64,000 nucleotides of DNA, taken from the NCBI GenBank assembly GCA_046758505.1, contig JBHIAH010000005.1:1-64000 (forward strand), written 5' to 3'. The notes beneath the pieces were generated by a model that saw only the letters and a program-made list of their open reading frames with translations, was not told the DNA's origin and searched no databases. This stretch comes from Candidatus Methylomirabilales bacterium (GTDB taxonomy: Bacteria > Methylomirabilota > Methylomirabilia > Methylomirabilales > CSP1-5). How positions within the stretch are numbered: position 1 is the stretch's first letter; each line of letters begins with the position of its first letter. Made by a program: the position numbers and the translations under genes. Positions 29,915 to 40,114 of this stretch are shown here, one piece after another.

Positions 29915-30289
29915 ATGACCATCGCACACATTGGGGTACTGCTAGCCGCCACGGCCCTGTCTATCCTGGTCATCTGGTTTTTCTTCTATTCCGAGAAGAA
30001 AGGGACCCGGCTGGCAGCGAGCAACGGGGTGCAGGAGGCTGAGATTGTCGTGAAGGGGGGTTACACCCCCGACGTGCTCGTCGTGAAAGCGGGGCAGCCG
30101 GTGCGCCTGAACTTCAACCGGCAAGAGACGGCCTCGTGCTCGGAGATGGTGCTCTTCCCGGACTTTAACACAAGCGCCAAGCTGCCTCCTGGTGAAAGGG
30201 TGTCGATCGAGCTGACACCGAAGCAGCCCGGCGAGTACGAGTTTCAGTGCCAGATGGGGATGCTCCGGGGCAAGCTCATCGTCGAGTAA
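29915..30289 (+). CDS. Membrane-anchored cupredoxin (CupA-like)
   Basis: TM helix, GGYTPD, SCSE, FQCQMGMLRG; directly follows copA. Confidence 0.9.
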   Translation: MTIAHIGVLLAATALSILVIWFFFYSEKKGTRLAASNGVQEAEIVVKGGYTPDVLVVKAGQPVRLNFNRQETASCSEMVLFPDFNTSAKLPPGERVSIELTPKQPGEYEFQCQMGMLRGKLIVE

Positions 30290-30453
30290 GGTCTCTCCTA
30301 TCAGGAGCGAGGATTCAGGACGGGGATACCTGGATTCCATAGCTTCCTGCTGATTCCATCGAGCAAGTTCTCGAGCATGCTGGCAAGCTCGGTGTTCGAA
30401 GCCTTTTGGCAGGCGGACGCTAAAGGTGACTGAAACCGGAAGGGAGGAAACCC

Positions 30454-31017
30454 ATGGGGCAATGGGAAGACTCTGGGTCGTCTGGAGAGAGGACTGATTC
30501 TCAGGGCATTACCCCCGGTCGGAGGCGCTTCATCGCCCTCGCGTTCGGCGCGATCACGTCGGCCATCGCCGGCATCATCGGCGTGCCCCTCGCCAGCTTC
30601 TTCGCCCTCCCGGCGTTGAAACGGTCGGAGCGTCGATGGCTGGAGGTGGGACCGGTCTCGGACCTTGTAGAGGGGCAGATCACAAAGGTGGTCACGAAGC
30701 CGTTGGCCTCCCAGGTTTGGCCCCATAACATCCCCTCAGTAGCCATCTACGTCGTGAACCATGGCGGTGGGAAGTGTACCCTTTACCACATCCACTGCAC
30801 CCATGTGGGCTGCCCCGTTCGGTGGAACTCCCAGGCAGGGCGCTTTTTTAGCCCCTGCCACGGCGGCGTCTTCGACCGGGAGGGCCGCGTCCTGGCTGGC
30901 CCACCGCCCCGGCCCTTGGACCGCTACGAGCACAAGATCGAGAATGGGATCCTCTATGCAGGGCGGCTATACAAGGTGAACGAGAAGCTGGAGTTCGCGG
31001 AATGGCATCACGCATGA
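30454..31017 (+). CDS. Rieske 2Fe-2S subunit with atypical second box
   Basis: Tat-like RRRF plus TM helix, CTHVGC, SPCHGG, GPPPRPL. Confidence 0.88.
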   Translation: MGQWEDSGSSGERTDSQGITPGRRRFIALAFGAITSAIAGIIGVPLASFFALPALKRSERRWLEVGPVSDLVEGQITKVVTKPLASQVWPHNIPSVAIYVVNHGGGKCTLYHIHCTHVGCPVRWNSQAGRFFSPCHGGVFDREGRVLAGPPPRPLDRYEHKIENGILYAGRLYKVNEKLEFAEWHHA

Positions 31018-32396
31018 GACGGCTTTTGGATTGGCTCCAGGAGCGCCTAGGCACCCGAGAACAGGCGACCAAGTTTCTGTATCGTCGTCTCCCGGTCGGG
31101 ACGACGTGGTGGCACACGCTGGGGAGCGCAGCCCTCTTTTTGATCTTCCTCCAGACCATCACCGGTTTCTTCCTGGCGTTCTACTATGTCCCCTCCCCCG
31201 AGCACGCGTACGACAGCCTGATCTACATCCAGAACGAAATCCCGTTCGGGGCATTCGTGCGGGGGCTCCACTATTGGGGGGCGAGTCTCACCGTAGTGCT
31301 TGTCTTCCTGCATCTGCTCCGGGTCTTCTTCATGGGGGCCTACAAGTACCCCAGGGAGCTTTCCTGGGTTGTCGGGGTCTTCCTGTTCCTGCTCATCATG
31401 GGCTTCGGCTTCACCGGCTACCTCTTGCCCTGGGACCAGAAGGCCTACTGGGCGACGGTGGTCGGGACCCATATCGCCGAGACAGCCCCGTTAGTTGGCA
31501 AGTACCTCTGGAGGATCCTCCAGGGAGGGGTGGAGGTGGGGGCCAGGACCCTGGGACGCTTCTACGCCGCCCACGTCCTGATCCTTCCCGCCCTCCTCTA
31601 CGCTTTCATCCTGGCCCATATCTCCATGGTGATCTATCAAGGGATCGCCCTGACGCCGAAGGGAGCGCTCAGCCGCATCAGGAAGGCGGACTATAAGAGG
31701 CTCTACGAAGAGTCCAAAGGGAAGGGCAAGACCTTCTTCGAGCATCTGCTCCGTGATGGGGTCATACTTTTTCTCCTCTTTTTGCTCCTCGTCTGGATGG
31801 CCGCCGCCTGGAAGATCCCGATGGAGGAGGTAGCGGACCCCACGAGCACCACGTACGTCCCGCGGCCCGAGTGGTACTTCTATTTCCTGTTCGAGCTGTT
31901 GTGGCTCTTCCCGGGAAAGTGGATCCCAGTCGCGACCTTCTATATCCCCCTTGCGGCGGTCCTCCTCCTCCTCTTCCTTCCGTTTTACGATCGGACGTCG
32001 GGGAGGAGTCCCTTCATGCGACCCGTCGCCTCCGGGATCGCCACGGCGGCCCTCGCGGCCATCGCCCTCTTGACATACCAAGGGGCCACGGCCCCCGCTC
32101 CACCCAAGGCAGGGGAGGCCATCTCGGCAGAGACGAAGGCCCTGCCGCCCAAGCTCGCGATAGGCAGGAGGGTCTTCGAGGTCCAGGGGTGCGCAGCCTG
32201 CCACGTATTGAAGGGGACCGGGAGCGCGGCCGGGCCTGATCTTACGAGGGTTGGGGCCAGACGGGATGTGACATGGTTGAAACGATTTATCAAGGACCCA
32301 GGTGCGGTCAGGCCCGGCTCGGCCATGCCTCCCTATGGCGAGCTTCCCGCAGACGAACTGGACGCCTTGACAAAGTATCTCGCCTCATTGAAGTAG
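31014..32396 (+). CDS. Cytochrome b (b6 plus subunit IV-like) fused to cytochrome c
   Basis: Four heme His, GYLLPWDQ, PEWY, C-terminal CAACH and MPPY; ATG31014 overlaps the Rieske stop (ORF opens at 31002). Confidence 0.92.
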   Translation: MRRLLDWLQERLGTREQATKFLYRRLPVGTTWWHTLGSAALFLIFLQTITGFFLAFYYVPSPEHAYDSLIYIQNEIPFGAFVRGLHYWGASLTVVLVFLHLLRVFFMGAYKYPRELSWVVGVFLFLLIMGFGFTGYLLPWDQKAYWATVVGTHIAETAPLVGKYLWRILQGGVEVGARTLGRFYAAHVLILPALLYAFILAHISMVIYQGIALTPKGALSRIRKADYKRLYEESKGKGKTFFEHLLRDGVILFLLFLLLVWMAAAWKIPMEEVADPTSTTYVPRPEWYFYFLFELLWLFPGKWIPVATFYIPLAAVLLLLFLPFYDRTSGRSPFMRPVASGIATAALAAIALLTYQGATAPAPPKAGEAISAETKALPPKLAIGRRVFEVQGCAACHVLKGTGSAAGPDLTRVGARRDVTWLKRFIKDPGAVRPGSAMPPYGELPADELDALTKYLASLK

Positions 32397-32408
32397 GAGG
32401 ATCGATAG

Positions 32409-33065
32409 ATGGCAGCGACCAGGTGGGGAACAATAGCGCTGGGGCTTTTCCTGGCTTTCTGGAGTGTATTCGCTCTCCTCGCGAAGGCATCCGAGAAGCA
32501 GTACGCCCTTTGGGGCAATGCCCGGAAGGGCCGCCAGGTCTTCGTGGAGAAGGGTTGCGGGAGTTGCCATGCAATTCGGGGAGTGGGGCCGAACCTGGGG
32601 CCCGACCTGGGGAGAATCTCCGCCAAGCCCCTCACTATGACCCAGATGGCCGGTACCATGTGGAATCACGCCCCGGTCATGAGGCGATTGGCCGAGGAGA
32701 AAGGGATTAGCTGGAAGCCGTTCCGGGGATCGGAGATGCGGGACTTGATTACCTTCCTGTACGCAATTAGGCTCATGGATGAGCCCGGGGATCCCAGACG
32801 AGGGGAGCGGCTCTTCGTCGAGAAGGGGTGTGCCACTTGCCATAGCCTCAAGGGGAAAGGCGGGACGATCGGGCCGGATCTCAAAAATTGGAACCAGTAC
32901 GGGTCTCCAATCCTCTGGGCGGAGCTGATGTGGGCCCACGCCATTAAGATGGAGGAGAAAGTGCGGGAATTCGGTATACGTTGGCCTACCTTTGAACGGA
33001 ACGAGATGATCGATCTCATCGCTTACATCCGGAAGGAGGTTACCTCCGCCAGTCCCCCGAAGTGA
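32409..33065 (+). CDS. Exported diheme cytochrome c
   Basis: Signal peptide; CGSCH and CATCH in two homologous domains. Confidence 0.88.
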   Translation: MAATRWGTIALGLFLAFWSVFALLAKASEKQYALWGNARKGRQVFVEKGCGSCHAIRGVGPNLGPDLGRISAKPLTMTQMAGTMWNHAPVMRRLAEEKGISWKPFRGSEMRDLITFLYAIRLMDEPGDPRRGERLFVEKGCATCHSLKGKGGTIGPDLKNWNQYGSPILWAELMWAHAIKMEEKVREFGIRWPTFERNEMIDLIAYIRKEVTSASPPK

Positions 33066-33095
33066 CAACATCCATGGCCCTCATGGCTAGATTCG

Positions 33096-34091
33096 GTGGA
33101 GGGTAAAATTGAAGAAGAGGATTCCTTGACGGGAGCCTGGCCCATAAAAGGACGACTCGTTATTGGCATCTTTGGCCTGCTGATCCTCGGCGCCTTCGGC
33201 GTATGGATCTCCCTCAACTCGTCCAGCGACCCCGGCCCAGGCATCCTCGAGGCGAGCGGCCGGATCGAGGGGGATCAAGCCGCAGTGGGGGCGAAGATCG
33301 GCGGGCGAATCGTCCATTTGCCTATTCACGAGGGACAGGCCCTCGCAGCCGGCCAGCTCATCGCTGAGCTTTCTTCCGAGCAAGCAAGGGCGCAGCTTGA
33401 GAGGGCAGAGCATGACCTCCACATGGCCCGAGAGCAGCTCGAAACTGCTCGAGCCCGCCTGCTCCAGGCAGAGGCGGACCGGGAGCGGGCCGAGCAGGAC
33501 TATCTCCGCTACCAGGAACTCCTCGCCGACGGAGCGATCGCTGCCCAGGTAGTAGATCAAGCCAAGGCGGCATTCCGGGCGGCCAGGGCGGCCCAGGAGG
33601 CAGCCAGAAGACACATCGAAGCGGCGAAAGCTCGGATCCAATCAGCCGAGGCAGGCCAGGCCCTTGCCCAAGCCAACGTGAAGGACACTCGGGTCATGGC
33701 CCCCTTCTCCGGGACGGTCCTCCGGAAGCTCGTTGAGGGGGGTGAGGTAGTGGCCGCCGGCACCCCCCTCGTCACCTTTGTGGACCTGTCGAAGCTCCAC
33801 GTGAAGGTGTACCTTCCCGAGCGAGACATCGGCAAGGTGAAGCTCGGAAGCCCCGCTCAGGTCTATGTGGACGCCTTTCCAAAGCGGTTCTTCGATGCCA
33901 CGGTCTCCGAGGTCTCACAGCAGGCCGAGTTTACCCCGCGGGACATTCACATGAAGGATGAGCGGGTAAAGCTGGTCTTCGCCGTGAAATTGGCCCTGAA
34001 GAATCCCGAGGGCTTCCTCAAGCCCGGGATGCCGGCGGACGCCCGGATCCGATGGAAGGCCGAGGCCTCTCGGGGAGACGACCTGGAGTAG
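33096..34091 (+). CDS. HlyD-family membrane fusion protein (YbhG-like)
   Basis: TM helix, ASGRIE, coiled coil, AEFTP, LKPGMP. Confidence 0.9.
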   Translation: MEGKIEEEDSLTGAWPIKGRLVIGIFGLLILGAFGVWISLNSSSDPGPGILEASGRIEGDQAAVGAKIGGRIVHLPIHEGQALAAGQLIAELSSEQARAQLERAEHDLHMAREQLETARARLLQAEADRERAEQDYLRYQELLADGAIAAQVVDQAKAAFRAARAAQEAARRHIEAAKARIQSAEAGQALAQANVKDTRVMAPFSGTVLRKLVEGGEVVAAGTPLVTFVDLSKLHVKVYLPERDIGKVKLGSPAQVYVDAFPKRFFDATVSEVSQQAEFTPRDIHMKDERVKLVFAVKLALKNPEGFLKPGMPADARIRWKAEASRGDDLE

Positions 34092-34097
34092 GGGGCG

Positions 34098-36029
34098 ATG
34101 GAGGTCGTCGGGGCGCAGAGCCTCACAAAGCACTTCAAGGCGACGCCCGCCGTGGTCGATGTCAACCTCGCCGTGGAGCAGGGAGAGATCTTCGGCGTCA
34201 TCGGCCCAAATGGCGCCGGCAAGACAACCCTGATCCAGCTTCTCACCGGACTCTTGGATCCCACGGCCGGCCGCACAACGGTCTTCGGGTTCGATACAGC
34301 CCGTGAGGTTGAAGCAATCAGGCAACGGATCGGCTACGTCTCACAAGACTTCACCCTCTACGGCAGCCTCACCGTTGAGGAAAACCTGGATTTCTTCGCC
34401 GACCTCTACGGCGTGCCGGCCGAGGCTCGAGAGCAACGCAAGGAGGAGTTGCTGGCCTGGAGTCGCCTGGCCCCCTTCCGCACGCGGCGGGCCGAGCGAC
34501 TCTCCGGGGGGATGCAGAAGAAGCTTCACCTCTGCAGTACCCTGATCCACGAGCCCGAGATCCTCCTTCTGGACGAGCCCACCACCGGCGTGGACCCCCT
34601 CTCCCGCCGAGAGCTGTGGGAAATCCTCTACGAGTTGGTCGGGCGTGGTCTCACACTCGTCGTGGCGACGCCGTACATGGACGAGGCGGAACGGTGCCAC
34701 CGGGTGGCCCTCATGCACCGGGGGCGGATCATCCGGTGCGACACGCCCGACACACTCAGGAAAGAGATCGACGAGGAAGCGTGGGAGCTGCGGGCAGGGG
34801 CCTTAACGGGCGGGCAAGAGCTCCTCGAGAAGGCCGAGTTCCCCATCCGGACACATCGCATCGGAGACCATCTCCATATTCTGACCCCCAAGGGGCGTGA
34901 CCTGGCCGGCGAGCTCCGGCGTTTATCGGAGGGGGGCGAGGTCGATGACCTGGGCCTGCGGCGGGTCTCTCTGACGATGGAGGACGTCTTCGTGTCCGTC
35001 GTCAGCAAGGCCGCGACCGCGGAGAGCTCCCCCAGGAGTCCCGGCGAGGTACCGCGCAGCCACTCCGTGGAGAGCACCGATGGGGTCGTCGTGCACTTGA
35101 ATGGGCTCACCAAGGCATTCGGGGCCTTCACCGCCGTCGATCATGTCTCCCTGTCGGTGAACCGCGGCGAGGTGTTCGGGTTCCTTGGGCCCAACGGGTC
35201 GGGCAAGACGACGACCATCCGGATGCTTTGTGGCTTGCTCGCCCCATCCGCGGGGCGCGGCGAGGTGCTAAGCCACGATGTCCTCCGCCAAGGCCACCAC
35301 ATCAAGCCCCGGATCGGGTACGTGTCCCAGCACTTTTCGCTATACAACGATCTGTCAGTGGAAGAAAATCTCGCCTTTTTTGGAGGAGGCTATGGGCTTC
35401 CACCCCGCCGCCTCGCCGAGCGGACGGCGTGGGTCCTGGAGATGGCTGGTCTCAGGGGGAAAGAGCGGCGACTGGCCGGGGAGCTGTCGGGAGGCATCAA
35501 GCAGCGCCTGGCTCTGGGGTGTGCCATCCTCCACGATCCGGAAATCCTCTTCTTGGATGAACCGACGGCGGGGGTGGACCCCCTTTCGCGACGCGAATTC
35601 TGGGACCTGATTCGGAGCCTGGCCGCGGCGGGGGTCACGGTGTTCGTAACCACTCACTACATGGACGAGGCTGAGAACTGTCACCGCCTGGCGTTCATTT
35701 ACCACGGGCGCCTGATCGCCGTGGGGAGTCCCCAGGCCCTCAAGGATCGCATGCGGGCTGGCGTGATCCTGGAGCTGGAGTGCCGCGACCCCTTCGCGGC
35801 GCTCCGCCTCCTCCGCACACAGCCTACCCTGAGCCGGGCGAGCTTCTTCGGCCGCCGAATCCACATCCTAGCGGAAGACGCCGGTCTGGCCGAGCCCTTA
35901 ATCCGGGAGACCCTAATGGCGGGGGGGCTCGCAGTCGATCACCTGGAGATGATCCCCTTCTCCCTAGAGGATCTCTTCGTCATCTTCATCGAGATGGAAG
36001 AGCAGGGCGGGAAGGAAGCCGATGCATAG
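34098..36029 (+). CDS. ABC ATPase with two nucleotide-binding domains (YbhF-like)
   Basis: GPNGAGKT and GPNGSGKT; LSGG and DEPT each present twice. Confidence 0.93.
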   Translation: MEVVGAQSLTKHFKATPAVVDVNLAVEQGEIFGVIGPNGAGKTTLIQLLTGLLDPTAGRTTVFGFDTAREVEAIRQRIGYVSQDFTLYGSLTVEENLDFFADLYGVPAEAREQRKEELLAWSRLAPFRTRRAERLSGGMQKKLHLCSTLIHEPEILLLDEPTTGVDPLSRRELWEILYELVGRGLTLVVATPYMDEAERCHRVALMHRGRIIRCDTPDTLRKEIDEEAWELRAGALTGGQELLEKAEFPIRTHRIGDHLHILTPKGRDLAGELRRLSEGGEVDDLGLRRVSLTMEDVFVSVVSKAATAESSPRSPGEVPRSHSVESTDGVVVHLNGLTKAFGAFTAVDHVSLSVNRGEVFGFLGPNGSGKTTTIRMLCGLLAPSAGRGEVLSHDVLRQGHHIKPRIGYVSQHFSLYNDLSVEENLAFFGGGYGLPPRRLAERTAWVLEMAGLRGKERRLAGELSGGIKQRLALGCAILHDPEILFLDEPTAGVDPLSRREFWDLIRSLAAAGVTVFVTTHYMDEAENCHRLAFIYHGRLIAVGSPQALKDRMRAGVILELECRDPFAALRLLRTQPTLSRASFFGRRIHILAEDAGLAEPLIRETLMAGGLAVDHLEMIPFSLEDLFVIFIEMEEQGGKEADA

Positions 36030-37155
36030 CCGGATCGTGGCCGTCGCAAAGAAAGAGACCTGGGAGATCATGCGGGACCCGATCACACTCGGTATTGCTA
36101 TTGTTCTCCCTCTCGTCATGATGTTCCTCTTTGCCTATGCCATTACCCTGGACGTTAAAGAGATTCCTCTGGCGGTCTTGGACTTGGATCGAAGCGCTGA
36201 GAGTCGGGAATACGTAGCTGGCTTCCTCGAGTCGGGCTACTTCAGGCTCCGGGCCGCGGCCCAGAATCTTGAGGAGATCGATCGCCTCCTCGATCGGGGG
36301 ACGGCCCGGATGGCTCTCATCATTCCTCCAGATTTTTCCAAGCGCCTTGGGCAGGGGCTTCCATCGGAAGTCCAGACGCTGGTGGACGGCTCCTTCTCCA
36401 ACACGGCCATCGTGGCCTTGAACTACGTTGCGGCCATCGACGAGACCTACAACGCGCGCATTCAATCTCACTATTTCGCCCAACGCTTCAGGGCTCTTGA
36501 GAAAGGGCCCGCCGTAAAGGCCGAGCCCCGCGTCCGGTACAATCCCGATCTTCAAAGCGCCAACTACATCATTCCGGGCCTCTTTGCCGTTATCCTCATG
36601 GCCTTCCCGCCGATGCTCACGGCGTTAGCGGTGGTCCGGGAGAAAGAGCGAGGCTCCATCCAGCAGATCTTCACCTCCCCGGTGAAATCGTGGGAGTTCA
36701 TCGGGGGGAAGATGCTCCCGTACGCCGGGATCGCCTTTCTGGAGATGGTGCTCCTTTTGGGTGTGGGGCTCCTCTGGTTCCGGGTCCCCGTCCGGGGAAG
36801 CCTTTGGCTGCTGCTCCTTCTTTCCATCCTCTATGTAATGTGCACAGTAGGGATCGGCCTTCTGGTCTCGACCATCACAAGGAGCCAGGTGGTGGCCGTC
36901 CTGTTGGCCATCGTCCTGACGCTGATGCCCGCCTTCCTCTTCTCCGGGTTCCTCTGGCCCATTGCCAGCATGCCGGCCTTTTTCCAGTCTTTAACTTACC
37001 TCTTCCCCGCCCGCTACTTCAACGAGATCGCGCGGGGTATCGCCCTCAAGGGGATCGGGCTTACGTACCTGTGGTTCAATGCTATCCTCCTCCTCCTCTA
37101 TGCTTTGGCCGTGCTGGCTTTTGCATCCCTAGGATTCAAGAAGAAGATCGGGTGA
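36022..37155 (+). CDS. ABC-2 permease (YbhS-like)
   Basis: RYNPDL, VREKERGSI, FLFSGF.PI.SMP. Confidence 0.92.
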   Translation: MHSRIVAVAKKETWEIMRDPITLGIAIVLPLVMMFLFAYAITLDVKEIPLAVLDLDRSAESREYVAGFLESGYFRLRAAAQNLEEIDRLLDRGTARMALIIPPDFSKRLGQGLPSEVQTLVDGSFSNTAIVALNYVAAIDETYNARIQSHYFAQRFRALEKGPAVKAEPRVRYNPDLQSANYIIPGLFAVILMAFPPMLTALAVVREKERGSIQQIFTSPVKSWEFIGGKMLPYAGIAFLEMVLLLGVGLLWFRVPVRGSLWLLLLLSILYVMCTVGIGLLVSTITRSQVVAVLLAIVLTLMPAFLFSGFLWPIASMPAFFQSLTYLFPARYFNEIARGIALKGIGLTYLWFNAILLLLYALAVLAFASLGFKKKIG

Positions 37156-37158
37156 GGC

Positions 37159-38283
37159 ATGACAAGGCTTTTAGCCCTCATCAAAAAAGAGTTCATCCAG
37201 TTCTTCCGTTACCGGCCCCTCGTTATCCTCGTCGTCTGGACCATCGCGATAGAGATCGCCCTCTGTGCCTATGCCATCACCTACGATGTGACGCACCTCT
37301 CGCTGGCGGTGCACGACCTGGACGGCTCTTTCGAAAGCCGGGAGCTGATCAGCCGGTTCGCGCAGACGGAATATTTTGATGTGAAATACCAAGTCCGGAG
37401 GAGGGAGGAGATTGAGGGCCTCTTGGAGGTGGGGCGGGCCGATCTTGGCGTGATCATCGGTCCCGATTTCTCGCGCCGGCTGGGACAAGGGCTTCAGGCA
37501 CCCGTCCAGCTCCTCCTGGACGGCTCCAATTCCAACACGGCCCTGATCGCCTTGGGCTACGCCCAGAGGATCGTTCATGGCTACTCCCGCCAGATCGAAT
37601 ACGCCCGGGTCCACAGCGCGATTGGACATCCCGGGCCCCTGCCCGGCATTCGAAACCAGCGGCGGGCCTGGTACAATCCGGACCTCAAAAGTGTCCACTT
37701 CATCGTCATCTCGATGCTGGTCCTGGGGGTGATGATGATCGCTACCATCCACCCGGCCGCCGCCGTGGCCTGGGAAAAGGAAGCAGGGACCATCGAGCAG
37801 CTTCTGGTCATGCCCTTTCGACGCTGGGAGCTGATGGTGGCAAAAGTCACCCCAACGTTTGTGGTGAGCCTGGCGACCTTGGCCCTCGCCCTATGGCTCC
37901 CCTGGTGGTTCAGAGTACCTATCCGGGGGAGCCTCCCCCTCTTCTTCGCGCTCTCCGCTCTCTTCCTCTTCAGCAGCATGGGCTGGGGGCTCTTCTTGGG
38001 AACGGTCGCCGAGAACCTCCAGCAGGCGCTTCTTCTCGCCTTCTTTTCCATCTTTCCCATCATGGTCATCTCAGGCACCATGGTACCGGTGGAGAGCATG
38101 CCAAAATCCATACAGCTCCTCTCCTACCTCAGCCCACTCACCTACTATACGGAGATCGGTCTCGCAATCTTTCTCAAAGGGGTCGGGATCGAGGTGCTCT
38201 GGCCTCAGGCCCTATCTATGGGAATTCTCGGTCTTGGCATCTTTGCCATGGGTCTCTGGCGATTCGGGCGGCACCTCGGGTGA
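37159..38283 (+). CDS. ABC-2 permease (YbhR-like)
   Basis: WYNPDL, EKEAGTIEQLLVMP, SGTMVPVESMP. Confidence 0.92.
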   Translation: MTRLLALIKKEFIQFFRYRPLVILVVWTIAIEIALCAYAITYDVTHLSLAVHDLDGSFESRELISRFAQTEYFDVKYQVRRREEIEGLLEVGRADLGVIIGPDFSRRLGQGLQAPVQLLLDGSNSNTALIALGYAQRIVHGYSRQIEYARVHSAIGHPGPLPGIRNQRRAWYNPDLKSVHFIVISMLVLGVMMIATIHPAAAVAWEKEAGTIEQLLVMPFRRWELMVAKVTPTFVVSLATLALALWLPWWFRVPIRGSLPLFFALSALFLFSSMGWGLFLGTVAENLQQALLLAFFSIFPIMVISGTMVPVESMPKSIQLLSYLSPLTYYTEIGLAIFLKGVGIEVLWPQALSMGILGLGIFAMGLWRFGRHLG

Positions 38284-38493
38284 CCGGCACGAGACGAGAG
38301 CATTGCACTCGAATAGGCTCACCAGGAGAGCGCGATACTTTCGGGCGCAAAGTAGGAACAGAAGATCTGCTGCGGCCCCCGGGGATTTTCTCTTGCGTCT
38401 CCGTTGAGAGACCGGTTAAGCTAAATAAGCAAGTGTTTGCCGTTAGCGCAGGACGGCTTGCACTTGTCTTCTTTTATCGAGGGAGCGCAAGGC

Positions 38494-39195
38494 ATGAATC
38501 GAGTCTTCCTCTTTTTCCTGCTGAGTTGGTTCCTGCACAACCCCCTCTTGGCCCTCATCATTATCGTCGCACTCTCCCTGCCGGGGTACCTCTATACCAC
38601 GGGATGGATGTTGCGTTTGCTCCGTCGCTTTCGCCATTGGCAGGAGGTCCAGGGACTGCGGCAGACCGTGGCGGTCAACCCCCACAATGTAACCGCGCAA
38701 ACTGACCTCGGCCGGGCGTTGGCCCTGGCGGGAAGACCCCAGGAGGCGCTCGAGCACCTCCGGGCCGCCGAACCGCGCTCCGCCGATTCGGCCGAGACCC
38801 TCTACTTCCTGGGCTACAGCCTGCTCGCACTCGGGGATTGGGAACAGGGGAACGACTACGTCCAGCGGGCCCTCGAGGTCGATCCGAAATTCCGGTACGG
38901 TGAACCGCACCTCCGGCTGGGAGACTACCATTTCGACCGAAAGCGGTTTGCCAAGGCCCTCCCCCACTACGAGCGCTTCCGATCCATCCACACCTCCAGC
39001 GCCGAAGGCCTCTACAAGTTGGCCCGTTGCTACCAGGAGGTGGGTCGATTTCCGGACGCCCGGGAGGCCCTCGCGGCCGCCGTCGAGGCGTTCCGGACCG
39101 GCCCCCGGTATAAACGCCGCGAGGATCGACCCTGGTTTCGCCGGGCGAGGCGCCTCCTCCGACACCTTCCGAGGGAGGGGCGTTCGGAATCGTGA
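38494..39195 (+). CDS. Membrane-anchored TPR protein
   Basis: GGAG RBS, N-terminal TM region, tandem TPR-like helical repeats. Confidence 0.8.
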   Translation: MNRVFLFFLLSWFLHNPLLALIIIVALSLPGYLYTTGWMLRLLRRFRHWQEVQGLRQTVAVNPHNVTAQTDLGRALALAGRPQEALEHLRAAEPRSADSAETLYFLGYSLLALGDWEQGNDYVQRALEVDPKFRYGEPHLRLGDYHFDRKRFAKALPHYERFRSIHTSSAEGLYKLARCYQEVGRFPDAREALAAAVEAFRTGPRYKRREDRPWFRRARRLLRHLPREGRSES

Positions 39196-39722
39196 TGGTC
39201 TTTGCTTATTACAACCGCTTGACGCGCGCCCAACAGCGGATCTACCAGCAGAGCGACAAGGTCACCACTATTCCCCTGCCCCAGGCCAGACGACTGCACC
39301 CGCTGGTCAAGGAACTTGCAGAGGCGCTTGAACGTGAGGACCGTCGAAAGACCGAGGCCGCTTCCCAAGAGCTCGTCTCCGCCCTCACGGCCAGGCTCAA
39401 GGCCACTCCAGTCCACGTCGAAGTGCTCGCGACGCGCCCCTCCCGGAGTTGGGGCGAACTCCATGGCCTCTACACCCCGGCCGAAGGCCAGAAGCCCGCT
39501 CGAGTGACGGTCTGGATGCGGACGGCCCAGCGCCGTCGCGTGGTGGCCTTCCGGACCTTCCTGCGCACCCTCCTCCACGAAGTCTGCCACCACCTCGACT
39601 ACGAGCTACTCGGCCTCCAGGAGACTTTCCATACGGAGGGCTTCTATCGGCGGGAATCCAGCCTCTTCCACCAACTCGTTCCCAACCGCCCTCAGGAGGA
39701 CTCCCCCACTACAGAGAGCTAA
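39192..39722 (+). CDS. Hypothetical zincin-like (HExxH) protein
   Basis: LLHEVCHHLD...FHTEGF; start overlaps the TPR gene stop. Confidence 0.7.
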   Translation: MMVFAYYNRLTRAQQRIYQQSDKVTTIPLPQARRLHPLVKELAEALEREDRRKTEAASQELVSALTARLKATPVHVEVLATRPSRSWGELHGLYTPAEGQKPARVTVWMRTAQRRRVVAFRTFLRTLLHEVCHHLDYELLGLQETFHTEGFYRRESSLFHQLVPNRPQEDSPTTES

Positions 39723-39800
39723 TCTGGCACGTCCCCACAGGGCAGGAATAGGCTGACAACTGCTGCAGTCTTTTTCGGCCACGCGGGACAGCAGAAAACG

Positions 39801-39829
39801 TTGACAAGCCCTTGGAAAGGTTAGAGAAT
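39801..39829 (+). promoter_or_regulatory. Candidate sigma70 promoter ahead of the cassette array
   Basis: TTGACA-N17-GAGAAT. Confidence 0.4.
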
Positions 39830-39916
39830 TTCGCCAACGGCCGGCAGTTCGGCCGGTCGAGATAGGCTGACCAACCTACTCAATAGTTATGCGACTGGGC
39901 TGCAAGAGAATTTCCC

Positions 39917-40114
39917 GTGCCGCCAAAGATACGAGAACTCATAGCCGAACTCGAGAGAGCCGGCTTTGTTGATCGCGGCGGCAAAGGTAGCCACAGGAAC
40001 TTTGTTCATCCCAACGTGGCCAGACCCGTAACCATATCGGGTAGTCCGGGTGACGATGCGAAGCATTATCAAGTTCGGGCCGTCCGGCTCGCTATTGAGG
40101 AGTCAAAGAAATGA
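39917..40114 (+). CDS. hicA: HicA toxin
   Basis: 65 aa; LERAGF and GKGSHRNFVHP. Confidence 0.9.
   Translation: MPPKIRELIAELERAGFVDRGGKGSHRNFVHPNVARPVTISGSPGDDAKHYQVRAVRLAIEESKK

Noticed and set aside
38283..38494. Island boundary with tRNA, att repeat or integrase
   Set aside because: None found; mobility of the island cannot be shown from this window.
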